Shown: positions 35,372 through 48,226 of the stretch, in pieces
Numbering within the stretch: position 1 is the first letter of the stretch
Layout of the letters: the number at the start of each line of letters is the position of its first letter
DNA from: Leucoraja ocellata
Lineage: Eukaryota
DNA length: 64,000 bases
Assembly (NCBI GenBank): GCA_036785375.1
Contig: JAWMAR010000061.1
Span: 8,928,001 to 8,992,000 of the forward strand
Reading direction: 5' to 3'
Position numbers and translations under genes: made by a program
The notes under the pieces: generated by a model
What the model was told of the DNA's origin: nothing
The model's database searches: none
What the model saw: the letters and a program-made list of their open reading frames with translations, nothing else

Positions 35372-38300
35372 TATATTGTGGTACAATAATACCACTGTCA
35401 TTGGTTTAGCCAAATTAAACTTGGACAAAATACCTTTCTTGATTATTACCAATTTTGAGGCATTAATGTTGTTCTAAGTTGTGTTAGTGCGAGGTGTACA
35501 TCGGGTTGAAGTGCCAGTTACATTAAGGAAGAGCCAAAAGAAGAGGTACGAGTGAACACCATTAGGTCCATTGTGGCATTTCACTTTAGTACAACAAGAT
35601 GAAAATGCTGCTGATCTGCTGGAAATTCTCTCTATTCTTAAACACACATGACTTGAACATTAAGCAGCAGTTAATATTATTGACTTTTAAACTAGGGCTT
35701 CCTTGTTGAGATTACCATAATCCATTACTGTCATCATTAACATCCCACATGTTACTCCAGTTTAAACATTCCATGTCGCTGATTTGTATATGGACTATTA
35801 TTGTTTGGGAGATTAGTTTTTTTGGAGGCCTGAAATGATATTCAATCGTCAAGCATTCCTATCAATCAACTCGAGTAGTAATAATATTTAAATGTTAGAC
35901 AAGTAAATCAAAAGCTTACTTGAAAATAAAATGTCATGCAACATCGACCTGGGATACCCAGGGTCTAGGGAGTGCTGTTTAAACCAAATGAGAAAATGAA
36001 GCTAATGTTGGTCTTGCTTTAGTTTTTGGTTTAGTTTATTGTCACGTATATTGAGATTCGGTGAAAAGCCTTTTTGTCGCGTGCTGTCCAATCAGCAGAA
36101 ATACTATACATGATTACAATCAAGTCATCCACTGTACACAGATACAGGATGAAGGGAATAATGTTTAGTGCAAGCTAAAGTCTGATTCAAGATCGTCCAA
36201 GGATCTTCAGTGAGGTTGATGGTAGGTCTGGACTCTAGTTGGTGATAGGGTGGTTATGTTGAGATCTGCGTTCCTGTACCAGGAGGAACTGTGTACAAAC
36301 ATTGGCCTAGAATTTTGCTAGCTATTTGGGCCATGGGTTTTGATGGTTTTGAGTTCAATGTTCACTATTTAAACATTGTGTTCTATGTATTCTTCCAGTA
36401 TCTTGACACAACTCAAAACTTAAGATGGAGTACTGTGCACATGCCTTCAAAATCAAGATGCGTATTGTTTTATTTTCTATCCTCAAAATGTACTACACTA
36501 TTGAATAATAAAGGTTGAAATTCAGAAACTGCCAAGAAAAAATGAGTTTACAGTGGAAATATTCAGATCTATATTTCTCTGTACCTGATCCCTCAGGAGT
36601 AAGTTGGACATGTTCCCTGCAGTCAAGGTTTCCATTGAATTTTGCTGCACCATCTGCTTTACCAAGAGTCTCCTCCAAGCCTATTGATTGTGTAAAGCAA
36701 TTCACATTTATTTGTTATATTGAGGTCCTGGGCATGTGTCTTTATCATCTTTTTCATGTCAAACTTCGCAAAGTGAATGGATAAATCATTTGTGAAAATA
36801 AAAATTCAGCCTGTACAATTGTCAATACAATTAGATACTGGCTGTAGTCTGTACCTTGACTCATGTCCTCTGACATTCTTGGCAAAAACAAACTTAATTC
36901 ATTAGACCCTTTTATCCACAATCATTTTAGTGAGGAGAATTCCAGTTTTTCATAACCCTTTTTTGTAAAAGTGCTTCCAGATTTCACCCATGGGTTGCCC
37001 AGTTTAAATTCTTCTTTTTCTTTAGATGTCCTGTCAAATTAGGAAACCTAACTGTATATTAATATCAAATCCCGTGCAACATTAATTGGATCATTTCTCA
37101 ACCTTAGACTTTTAAAATGTCTGCAGCTAGATGGATTTGTTATGTTCCTCTGCACAAGGATACCTTTTCTAATGTTTGGAGCTGGAACTGAATGATGACA
37201 AAACTGCTTCAGATGGAGTCTGATGCAAAAGTCAAGAATGTACCTATGTTGATTGTGTAATTTAACTCTCATTGCATAGTGCAAAACATTTTCACACTTT
37301 GTTGTTTGGTCTTTTAATTGATACTTAAAATTATCAATAACAATGACCTATTCAGAAGTATTTTTGGAGAAGTATTTTGCGGATTTTCTTAACAATTGAT
37401 AATTGTGGCCAGGCGGGCTTGAGATTTTATGGATAATTACACCTTTGACTCTTAGAAAATCCCCAAGACCACCTCACTATCTAGTGTTCAAAGGTTATCT
37501 CGGTCATGAGCCTGGGGAAGTGAATAAACCTGCTCAATGTGGCTGTTTTTCCTCAAATATACTTCTCTCTCGTTTGACAATAGATGCAGGCGTCGGCCGT
37601 TCGAGCCAGCACCGCCAGTGCTAAGTGCTCCCTGTTTTCCCAGTGTTAACAAATATTATATTAAGAATATGATTGTACATCTTTGAAAATCTTCTAGTTA
37701 GCGGTATGTTTTTTTTATCATTAATACATTGCAATGGTTATTATGATCTAGATTGGCCTATTTCAAAGACTCAAATACAAAAATCTTCATTGATCTTCTA
37801 GTGCGTGCCACAGGGACTGAGTCACAGTTGGAATTTTTCATCGTTCAATTGAATCCCTTGTTTGTACTCTAGGGTGAATGTATAAAATTTCAAGCACTTC
37901 ATGTGAAGAAGACAGGGTGCCCCCTGTTTCCAGACTATCTTTCCCTAAAGCAATTCATTAAAACACAATTTGTCAGATTATTGCTATCTGTGGGAGCTTG
38001 CTGTGCATACCTATGGTATAACTCTTCATTATGTACTTGATTAGCTGTGCAGCGTTTTGGGCAATTCGAGGACACGAAGGATGTTATACAAGTTTGTTTG
38101 TCTTACTCATTCAAATGGGTATGAATTATCTTTGATAATGAATCCCATTTTTGTAAGAATTGTATTTGGATTGCAAAGTATCGCAAATACAGTTCAGTTT
38201 AATTTATTGTCACGTGTACCGAGATACAGTGAAAAGCTTTTGTTGCGTGCTATCCAGTCAGCGGAAAGACACTACATGATTACAATCGATCCATTTACTG

Positions 38301-38960
38301 TGTATAGATACTTGATAAGGGAATAACGTTTAGTGCAAGGTAAAGCCATCAAAATCCGATCAAGGATAGTCTGAGGGTCAACAAAGTGGTAGATTCAGCA
38401 GTACAGTAGGAAGTGACTGAATATTTGAAATATTAATTGGCCTAAGTGGCAGTACTTGGGAGTTATGTTGAATTGATTGTGATATGCTCCTTATTTGATG
38501 TGACACATCTGTTCCTGCATTGATTCACTTCATCATTTCTGGGCATTGTATTTAAATACGTTGACTAATTCGTTTAGAAATTACTAAGCATTTGTGATTC
38601 CTTAAAATTCTATTTTAAACTATTTAATCAGCGATGAGGATGTAGCAAAGTGATATCTGTAGATGTCAGATGGAGCATCATTTTCTGAATTTATTAAAGC
38701 TCAATTAACTTGATGTTCAGATAGTCTTTCAACTACTCCTGAATGTTCTCTCCAACGTGCATAACATTCCCAGGTATCGTCTGTCTTTATTAGAAGCCTT
38801 CATTTGATTTTGATATAAATGAAGCTGTCCTTGTACATTATGGAGTCTACACTGTGAGACATCAACATGTAATATATTGCTGTTGCTGCTTTTTATCAGA
38901 TCTCAGTATTAAAGTAAGTTGAAAACAAATTGTGGAAGGAACACATCCCCTCAAAAGATT

Positions 38961-39118
38961 GGTAGACAAAAATGCTGGAGAAACTTCAGTCTGAAGAAGG
39001 GTTTCGACCAGAAACGTTGCCTATTTCCCTCTCTCCATAGATGCTACTGCATCCGCTGAGTTTCTCCAGCATTTTTGTCTACCTTCGATTTTCCTTCATC
39101 TGCAGTTCCTTCTTAAAC
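38961..39118 (+). mobile_element. Penelope-terminus insertion with a short inverted 5' arm
   Basis: 38961-38985 is the reverse complement of 39059-39083. The CTGAAGAAGGG...GAAACGTT motif lies at 38991-39018. Confidence 0.85.
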
Positions 39119-40734
39119 CCTAAAAAGTTAGCATTGTTTAGAATGGGGGGGGGGGGGGAATGGATAATATCCAGTCGGTATTTTGTTTCTGTAATTCTGT
39201 TGTCGGAGCATAATATTGCAACCTTGCTAAAGCTCTGGAAGTTGAAAAGCTTCCTCATGAAACAGGCTTTCATCTTGAAAGTAGAAAAAGTCTTGCAGCC
39301 CAGGTGCTGCCTATAACCCTAACTGCCGTATATACATGATTGTCACCATTTTGTGGAAAGGATCTCTTGCCCTTGTAATCAATAAATCATTATAAGTTTA
39401 TGGAGGCTAGGATCAGTAATTATTTGTGGAAGGCCATAGCTACTAGAAAGTGATACTAATACATCTGAAACTAATTTGGCAGTAAGATAATGTATTCAGA
39501 AGAAGTTTGGAAGCTGCTCTGTCACTATGGTGCATGATATTCAGTGCTGTGTAGCCCATGGTTAGGTAGGGTTACATCAGATCAGCATTACCTTAATAAA
39601 TGCCATGAGGGGCTGTAGCCTAATTCTCAGAGTTCCCATGTTTGGATATGGCTGGCTGGAAGCTGCAAGTAGGGGGTACTTTTCACCCAGACATTTTACT
39701 ATCTCTTGCTAAATCCTTCCATCTAATTGTTAGGGCCTGCTGCTGACTGGATTGTTGCAATAGGTGCTATGGGTGTTCCCTTCTCTAATTCCAGGCCTTG
39801 ATTCTTAAGATAACACTGATGAAGGTTTTGAATATTTGGAATTCTGCCACCGTGAGAGCTATTGGTCAACACATGAGGGGTTAGGTTGGGAAAACTAAAC
39901 CTATGCCCTGGGTTTTGACCCCAGGGACAGGACAATTTCTGTTATCTGGTATCTTTCTAATTTTACACACTTCAATTAAGTTTCCCCTCAACACCTATGT
40001 ATTAGAATCAGCAATGCTAACTTATCCAAGTTTACCCAACATCCTTGAAAATCTCCTCTGCACTATTTCTGGTGAAATCATCTAATTCCTGTTGTGTAGC
40101 AGCAGAACTGTCTGTGGTCTACTGTGTATCTCTGGTATAACCTCCTGACTCTGTGTTGTACAACTACTGATGAAGGAAAAATTCCTGTGTTATCTGCAAA
40201 CCTCTTTATCGTGCCTTCTGCATATCAAGTCTCTTGTTAATAAGATCCTCATGATAAACAATGACTTGCTTCCATGCAAACACAATCAGATATCCAATTA
40301 TTGGACCCAGTGGAATTTCACTGCTATACTCCAGGTGCAAAAACACTCATTAACTATCACCTTTTGATTACATTGTTATTGGATTCAAACAGGATGAGGC
40401 ATCATCTTTTCTGCAGGTACAGGGATAGGAAAGGTTTAGGGGGATATTGTTCAAACGCCAGCAGCTAGGACCAGCATAGACAGGCCATTGGTCTGCATGG
40501 GCAAGTTAGGCCAAAGGGCCCCTCTCTCTATGACTCTAATCAGGTTTGGATTGAGAAGTCTGTGTTCTTAACAGCTGCATATTGTATGGGTTTGTGCAAA
40601 GTGCTGAATTCCTGTCTTAGACTTTTGCTGTATTTCTGTAATGGGCTGCTTGTGATCTTGATGTGTTCCCTGGTGCTTATTGGGTCTGTCCTTGACATCG
40701 GCAATCTATTGTTTATATATCCTGCCTTTTGCAG

Positions 40735-40827
40735 TATTTCACAGGCTTGGAGTGTGGACACAAATTCTGTATGCAGTGCTGGAATGAATACTTAACTACA
40801 AAGATCATAGAGGAAGGTATGGGGCAG
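40735..40827 (+). CDS. ARIH1: ARIH1 exon 4 ([31 protein letters not shown])
   Basis: Acceptor ttttgcag, donor CAG/gtatgt, 93 nt, RING1. Confidence 0.97.
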
Positions 40828-40927
40828 GTATGTATCCACTCTGCTGTTTGTTTTGTTGCTGTTGAGGAAATGAAATATTTAAGTGTGATTCCATTGGTGA
40901 ACTCATTTGTTTTGCACCTCTTTGCAG

Positions 40928-40983
40928 ACCATATCCTGCCCAGCTCATGGCTGTGATATCCTAGTTGATGACAACACAGTTAT
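40928..40983 (+). CDS. ARIH1: ARIH1 exon 5 ([19 protein letters not shown])
   Basis: Acceptor tttgcag, donor AT/gtaagt, 56 nt. The preceding intron is only 100 nt. Confidence 0.97.
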
Positions 40984-43900
40984 GTAAGTACTGTTTTAAT
41001 AGATGAAAGTTGTTTCCATGAGTGAGCAGTGTAGACAAAGGCAAAAACTGTAGACACTAGGATTACAGTAAAATGTGAATAGAGATTTTCATCGAGAGAG
41101 ATTTGAACTAGGTAAAGCACACATTCCACAGTTCTAGGTCTGTTCTTTTGTCTATGATGTATGTTGTGCCAGAGTGAGGTGCTGATGGTTGTAATCCTGT
41201 CCTGAGCTGATAGCACAAAAAGGTGTGAAAATCCCTGGAAATCTCATGGCCAAAAGTATATTTCATAGCAGATGGAAGGCTTGTAGTTACAGGAGCCTGT
41301 GTAATGTTTGTGGAAAGCAGTGGGAATAGTTTGCAGTTCTTGAGATTTGACTTTTTATGGTTTTTGATTTGGAGAAAGAGGCGAGGATGGTAGGTCTTTT
41401 GTAGAATAGTTGCTGTGGTCTGACTTGGTGTGCTTCTGTAATATTTTTGAATTTAATAATCTCTGGGTGGTTCAGATGAAGAGAAACTGGTAGAAAGGGA
41501 TGAAGTCTATTCATGAAACTGGGTGGGAGGAGGTTTAATAAGGAGGAGAGGCAAGAAGGAAACGGGATCTTTGTCTGACGGGTCCGCGCTGAACATTGAA
41601 CATCATTCACAACAATTCTACGTTATGCCACCTTCTCATCCACTCCCTATACACTAGGAGCAATATACAGTGGCCAATTAACTTCTAAAACCTACATGTC
41701 TTTGTGATGTGGGAGGAAAACAGAGCACCCGGAGAGAAACCTGTGTGGTCACAGGATAACATGCAAACTCCACAGCATCCGAGGTCATGATCGAAACAGA
41801 GTCTCTGGTGCTTGAGGCAGCAGCTCCACTAGCTGTACCGAGATGTTGCCTGTCCCACTGAGTTACTCCAGCATTTTATGTGTACCCTAAAAGAGGAGTT
41901 GAGATACATAGATTTATAGTTGATAACCGAGGATAGTTAATAAAGAGTTGCTTTGACTGGAATATTCTAAACTGCTCTGCCACCACAGAGTTTTAGAAGT
42001 GTTGAAAATATAACAATTTATATCAGTAATTAACAATGAATATTGGTTAAGTGATAAATATTAACAATGTCACAGTGGGTTATTCTCTGCTGTTGATCCA
42101 TACAATGTCATTGGATGCCTTGTATCCACCCGGGTCAAGCAGATGGGAATCTCAGTGTAACAAGCACACTTCCGCGGTGATGCGGTGAATCTGGCCGCTC
42201 CTCCAGTGGCCAGGGAATATGGGAGCAGAATTAGACCATTTGGCACATCTCCATCATTCAATCATGCCTGATCTATCTTTCCCTCTCAACCCAATTCATC
42301 TGCCTTCTTCCCTTAACCGTTGATGCCCGTACTAATCAATTAGCAACCAGGACTGGCTGCACCAACAGTACAGCAGTCCTCACCATGGTCCCTCAGGAAT
42401 GTCACGATGGTGAATGTAACGGACTATCGGCACTGAACCTGTGGATGATGCTCACCACATTTTCACACAGTGCAACTTTTACATTTGCCACAGCTTGCAC
42501 CTCCAGCTATGGCCGTGCAGTATCACAGGAGCTTCTCCCTTCCAGGCTGGAGCATGCTGGAGATATTTCTGCAGAGGAAGTTGGTTGCAGTGATACAAAT
42601 AATAAAGTTTCCTTTTTGAAGGAACTGTTTTTTCATCATGTGAACTGCTTGCCATAAAGAGGAATAGATGAATGGGGGGGGGGATAGGTCACCATTTTGT
42701 GGACACCCTGCTACGCTGCCACATTTGTCTGGCTGCAGCTCTTCGTGTAAAATACTTTGAATGGTGTGGTAAGCTGCTACACAAACTGCTGCTCCGTGAA
42801 CGGAGAATGGGGGCAATGGTGTGGCTACCCTTTTGTGGTGGAGCGTCAGGAGAGTTCTTGTAGTTTTTCAAATATCAAATGGCTCTATTGCCCGATAATA
42901 CCTTTGTCAGTGTGATCGACAATCAAATGGCTTCCACAGCTAATTCAGGGTTTATGGGGCGGTTCATCATTTGTCCAAGTACTGTATTGGTTGTTTATTT
43001 TGTGCTGATGTCCAGTGCTTGCCTGTGTCATAAATAGTTTACAGGCCGCATAATGGCTCCTGTGCATTCTAACTGGGTATAATAACCACAATTAAGGCGG
43101 CACAAGTAAACTATCTACTGCTGACTGTTAGAAAAGATGTTTCATAAATGAAACTGGTTTTAAATTATGTATGCATGTGGTGAATAGGGATGCAATGATT
43201 GGGATGAACAGAGCCATTTTTATGCAATTTCTGTCAAGTTCTGAGGAGTGAAATTGTGCTGACATTGTAGAGCTGTGCATAAACCATATTTTGTTGGTTT
43301 TTCAATAGAGGCTTTGATCCATACAATGCTGAGAGTGTTTGTGGGTCTGACCTCCTGTAAGTGCATGCCTTTGTTCCTCGTTCTGCCTGTCACTTCCCAC
43401 ACTATCTGTGATCACCTTAACATGCCTGCCCCCTGTTTCTTCAATAGCTCCCAGCAATTGTTATACTATCTGCTGACTGAATTGTCTTCAAATGTGTACA
43501 GTTCTCTTTGCTCCAGTTTCACAAACTGAGGGTGGGCAGGAGTTTATTCCTGAAGATTTGGAATTTCACTGTGCTTGAATTTGTGAATAGCTGCCAACCA
43601 CTTCCCTTCCTTTGCCCTGGGTACAGAGCTCATGCTGATGATAAATGCGCTCATTCACACTTGCTGTGCTGCATGTTGCAGTCTGTTTCAGTTCATGTGA
43701 AAGGCTGCAACTGGTGACCTGTCAGCGCATTTTATAGGTAGCGAGCCCAAGTACTTTCATTGAAGCACAGCTCAAGATGAAGCATCTATTTGTACTTCAG
43801 TTTCTAGACTGGCAGCCCTGTGTCCCACACACTCCTGTATCCTTTAGCTCCTCAGCCTCATTTCATCATGAAACCAGCAATAACAAGATATCTGTCTTCT

Positions 43901-44191
43901 CACTGATTATATAAAGTGTAACATTTGGGAAGCTAGTGTTCATCAGGGCATTGCTAAATATCAGTGATGCAAAGCAGGAACCTGGTGTTATATCTGTCCA
44001 GAAGACTCTAGTACCTCCTCACAGTACCTAATTGAATGGTGCGTGTTACACCTTGATGACAGTTTAATTGTATGCGTTAATAATTGCACAGTCAAGAATT
44101 TTGTAGATTCACAAGTTCTTAAAAAGCTTATCCCTTGCTTAACCAATGCATCATTGTTGGCACTGAGATGGGAAATCAGCACTGTTTTCAG

Positions 44192-44573
44192 CAAAGATCG
44201 GAGCAAGATAGACCACTCCTAAATGCTGACGTGTAGTTCACAACGGAGCGGAACGTGGGCCTTTTTTTCATCCATTTCAGTAACCGGACCCAACCCGCAG
44301 TGTAATCAACATTGCAGGGGGACAGTTTGTGTTAATAAATTATAATTCTGAAAATGAGGAGAAGATTTTTACCAAAGAACTTAGATTTTCTCGAGGATGT
44401 TTCCGTAACCGGCTTCCGTCTCCGCACTAGTATCTTTGCTCCACTACGGGATCTTTGATGCGGAGACGGTAGCCGGTTACGGAAATGGGGCCGAAAATTA
44501 CCCACGAATCTGCCCATGACCGTACTACGTCTTTTTCGTCGAGTGATCTATCTTGCTCGCTATAGGATCTTTG
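44192..44573. mobile_element. Non-autonomous DNA transposon (MITE), P-element-like
   Basis: Perfect 8-bp TSD GTTTTCAG (44184-44191 and 44574-44581). ~30-bp TIRs starting CAAAGATC...GAGCAAGATAGA. Internal 27-bp inverted repeat. The superfamily is inferred from the CA termini plus the 8-bp TSD. Confidence 0.75.
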
Positions 44574-44653
44574 GTTTTCAGCGTGTGGTTGGGTTGCTCC
44601 TGTCTTGTGTGTTTTCAGTCTAAAGGTATTGTGCTTCCATTTATATTCTACAG

Positions 44654-44720
44654 GCGTTTGATCACAGATTCCAAAGTCAAGTTGAAGTACCAGCATTTAA
44701 TAACTAACAGTTTTGTAGAG
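44654..44720 (+). CDS. ARIH1: ARIH1 exon 6 (RLITDSKVKLKYQHLITNSFVE)
   Basis: Acceptor ttctacag, donor GAG/gtaaga, 67 nt. Confidence 0.97.
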
Positions 44721-45021
44721 GTAAGACTTCCTCTTTTTAAAGTAAACATTATGCAACAAGTAAACACTAAAATAGAACTTTCATGCTGGTATTGTAGTAA
44801 TTCTAAATAGTTTTGAGTATGTTAAGTCTGCATTTTAAATTCCTCTGCATGTTGACATAAGTGGGGTATTACAGCACTGAACAATTCGTTAGGAAGTGTG
44901 GGGTAAAATATGACTCATCCTGGGAGGTCAGTAACTGAAGACTGGCTCTAGCCATATCTAAACCTCTGTGCCACCTCATTGATGTGGTCTTTTTTTAAAT
45001 TGTTATGCTTTTCCATCACAG

Positions 45022-45128
45022 TGCAATCGATTGTTAAAATGGTGTCCTGCCCCTGACTGTCACCATGTTATTAAAGTTCAATATCCTGATGCAAAGCCAG
45101 TTCGTTGTAAATGTGGACGGCAGTTCTG
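45022..45128 (+). CDS. ARIH1: ARIH1 exon 7 ([36 protein letters not shown])
   Basis: Acceptor catcacag, donor TG/gtaagt, 107 nt, IBR domain. Confidence 0.97.
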
Positions 45129-45246
45129 GTAAGTGTGCGCAATGCCACAGAATGTTATCTAGGTGTCCTTCTTGGTCATTGGGCATCTTTAATGGTCTGA
45201 AATGTAATTGGAGTCTCACAAAGTAAACTTGTTTCTTCATTTACAG

Positions 45247-45289
45247 CTTCAACTGTGCTGAGAATTGGCATGATCCTGTTAAATGCAAG
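45247..45289 (+). CDS. ARIH1: ARIH1 exon 8 (FNCAENWHDPVKCK)
   Basis: Acceptor tttacag, donor AAG/gtgaga, 43 nt. Confidence 0.96.
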
Positions 45290-45980
45290 GTGAGAGACCG
45301 TCTCCTGCATATGTTCCATATATTCACAGTATTTTCACATTAGTGATGTGACGGTCTTCCTGTGCAAGCTAGATTTATTTTAGAATTGCAGTAGATGAAG
45401 TTAAACCTCAATGACTATTTACTGTAAATGGAAAAAAAAGATAGTAAAGTAGACAAACTAATGGTAGGGTACAGCCAGATGTTGTGTCATTGTGAGGGAG
45501 TGGGCAATGTGGCACTTGTCTTGGCAATGGTGAGCAGTGTCAAGAGTTGAGAAAGTTTAATGGTCATGTATACCAGCAACAGAATAATGACATTCTTATT
45601 TGCTGCTGTTTTACAGGCCCATTAATACAATAACACAAATAAATATACAATAATCAAACAAACAAGAAATTAATAATGGATAATATTCGATTATCAGATC
45701 GGAATGGTGCAACTAAAGCTGAGACCATAGAAGTCGTAGTTGCTGAGGCAGGGTTGTGGATATTGTTGTGCAGCGTTCAAGAGTCGTCTGATGATTGCAG
45801 GGGAGAAGCTATTCTTGAAAATGAAAGTGTGGACTTCAGAGAATTCATTGGGGGGGAAATAACTGGTCTTGTGTTCGTTCTTTCCTTTGTACTGACACTA
45901 TCCTCAGGTTGAGACGGAAATAGCAAATAAATGATTTGTCAACAATTGAATTAGGGGAAAGGTATCAGTGTGTTAGAGTT

Positions 45981-46226
45981 AGACAAAAATGCTGGAGAAA
46001 CTCAGTGGGTGAGGCAGCATCTATGGAGCAAAGGAAATAGGCGACGTTTCAGGTCGACACCCTTCTTCAGAAAAAGAACTTTGCCTATTTCCTTCGAGTC
46101 TGAAGAAGGGTCTCGACCTGAAACGTCGCCTATTTCCTTCGCTCCTTAGATGCTGCCTCACCCGCTGAGTTTCTCCAGCATTTTTGTCTAACTTTGATTT
46201 TCCAGCATCTGCAGTTCTTTCTTAAA
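45981..46226. mobile_element. Penelope-terminus insertion with an inverted partial duplicate (hairpin)
   Basis: TSD CAGTGTGTTAGAGTT / CAGTGGGTTAGAGTT (45966-45980, 46227-46241). Inverted arms at 45977-46070 and 46100-46193. Confidence 0.9.
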
Positions 46227-46922
46227 CAGTGGGTTAGAGTTGCTGCCTTTGCTCGCTGTTAGAATGTGCCTGCTACAAAGTCATCCTGTCAATGGAGAGA
46301 TCTTCACTGTAATTATGTCAGCTCTGCTGTACGTGCAGATACAATGAAGAAATAAGGCTTCTGTGGCTGACTCAAAATAAGATGTACAGATCAGATATGA
46401 AAACAGGAAATACTGGAGTTAGGCAACAGGTCAGGCAGCACTTGTGGGAGAGAAATATGGATTTGGGTTGGTGACTTTTTGGTTAGGAAAACAAGCCTCC
46501 TTTAGTAAGAGTTTAAAAAACATAGCTGCAGCTTTGTTGGCCGGGTGATCAAAAGAAAACAATGAGTGAAAATGTACTTGAAATGTGATTGGGAAATGTA
46601 GAAATATAACGTTGTAGTGATTATCGGCTAGCTGTGAAGTTGCGTGCATGGACTACGCACAAGCACCGTCAAAGCTCTGATAGAAAATCACTTTCTTGTA
46701 TGATGGTGCAGGGGACAGAAGGATTGCTGTGTACTCCAAATAACGAGTACAATGCACATTTCAGATTGTTTCAATTGGAAAGCACTGGAATTAGGAGGTA
46801 GTGATCTCTCCCAGTGGCTTAATCATTTTCTAAGTTTACCTCTGTTTGTGAAATGAGCACAATTCAGGTCGCTGTTTTTAATCAGGATGTGCTATTAACA
46901 TTCTCTGCTGTTCTTCTTCTAG

Positions 46923-46994
46923 TGGTTGAAGAAATGGATTAAGAAGTGTGATGATGACAGTGAAACCTCCAATTGGATTGCAGCAAATACCAAG
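46923..46994 (+). CDS. ARIH1: ARIH1 exon 9 ([24 protein letters not shown])
   Basis: Acceptor ttcttctag, donor AAG/gtagag, 72 nt. Confidence 0.97.
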
Positions 46995-47640
46995 GTAGAG
47001 CAGAGACATTTGGAGAGTAGTCTCCTTGTTTGCCCCCTTGACAATACAATGAAAGTCTTCAGTTTATTTAAATAGTTCCAATTAAAGGTTTACACCAAAG
47101 GTAGACAAAATGCTAGAGTAACTCAGCAGATTAGGCGGCATTTCTGGAGAAAGGGAATGGGTGACGTTTCAGGTTGAGACCCTTCATCAGACTGATTGCC
47201 TATGCCATGCCGTCAGTGTGCCTATGGTGCTGTGTCCTCCATACCAGTTGCTGGTTAAGATTCTGTCTCTTGTAGTATGTTGTCATACTCATCTCTCCCC
47301 TCAGACCTGTGGTGGAAACAGCGTAACTGCAGCCTGTTCCAAAGCTTGCCAAATACTTGAGCGTTAGTGATGTAAAGTATGCAAGTCATTCCCACCACTC
47401 CAAGTCTGTCTGCTAATGTAATGTGGGCTACAAAAAACTCTTATAAAGTAAAATATTACCTGGAACGTATCTAGAGTGTTGAATGGCTGTTCACTATCAT
47501 TAACCCTGGCTTGCAAATTCATTGGGCATTGTGATTGCTGGTATAGGCAACACAATATTGGATCTTGAGTGTGAGCTCCTGATTTATAGCTGTAGTTGAA
47601 TTGTTACTGTTTGCTAACGGTGCCTCTAACATTCCAACAG

Positions 47641-47771
47641 GAATGCCCAAAATGTCACGTGACCATTGAAAAGGACGGTGGATGTAATCACATGGTTTGT
47701 CGCAACCAGAATTGTAAAGCAGAATTCTGTTGGGTCTGCCTTGGTCCCTGGGAGCCGCATGGATCAGCTTG
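47641..47771 (+). CDS. ARIH1: ARIH1 exon 10 ([20 protein letters not shown]...PHGSA-W), RING2/Rcat with the catalytic Cys codon at 47683-47685
   Basis: Acceptor ccaacag, donor TG/gtcagt, 131 nt. The GGCNHM motif is intact (Cys330 here, human C357 equivalent). Confidence 0.98.
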
Positions 47772-48168
47772 GTCAGTATTTTGCTTTGGTTTTGCATGGA
47801 AAATTTCAGGATTAACCAACATTTTAATTGTTTGAAAATTGGATTGGATACTGCTGTATATCTGCCCCAAGGTTAAATCAAACAAGATGCTTGATTAAAA
47901 GTGTCTGCTTCAGAAACGCTGTTGGTTTTTGACATCTGAGCAAAGCTTCAGGGCAAACTTGCTTTCTTTGACTCAATCTACAGTTGGATAATTAACCTAG
48001 TAGATTGCTCTTAAAGTAGATAGGGGAAAACGGTGTCAGGTAATCCCTGATCTATCCAAACAAGGTGATTTTAACTATCTTAGAAAGTAAAGCGATATCA
48101 TTTTGTTTGTTTTGTGTATTCTGCGTAAAGTCTGAAATGAAATTAAGTCAGGCCCTCTCTACTTTTAG

Positions 48169-48226
48169 GTATAACTGCAATCGTTATAATGAAGATGATG
48201 CAAAGGCGGCAAGGGATGCCCAGGAG
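48169..48226 (+). CDS. ARIH1: ARIH1 exon 11 (YNCNRYNEDDAKAARDAQE)
   Basis: Acceptor cttttag, donor GAG/gtaaaa, 58 nt. Confidence 0.97.

Noticed and set aside
42190-42212. Minus-strand TGGCCACTGGAGGAGCG as a convergent CTCF partner site
   Set aside because: Several mismatches at core positions, and it appears to lie in repeat-derived sequence.
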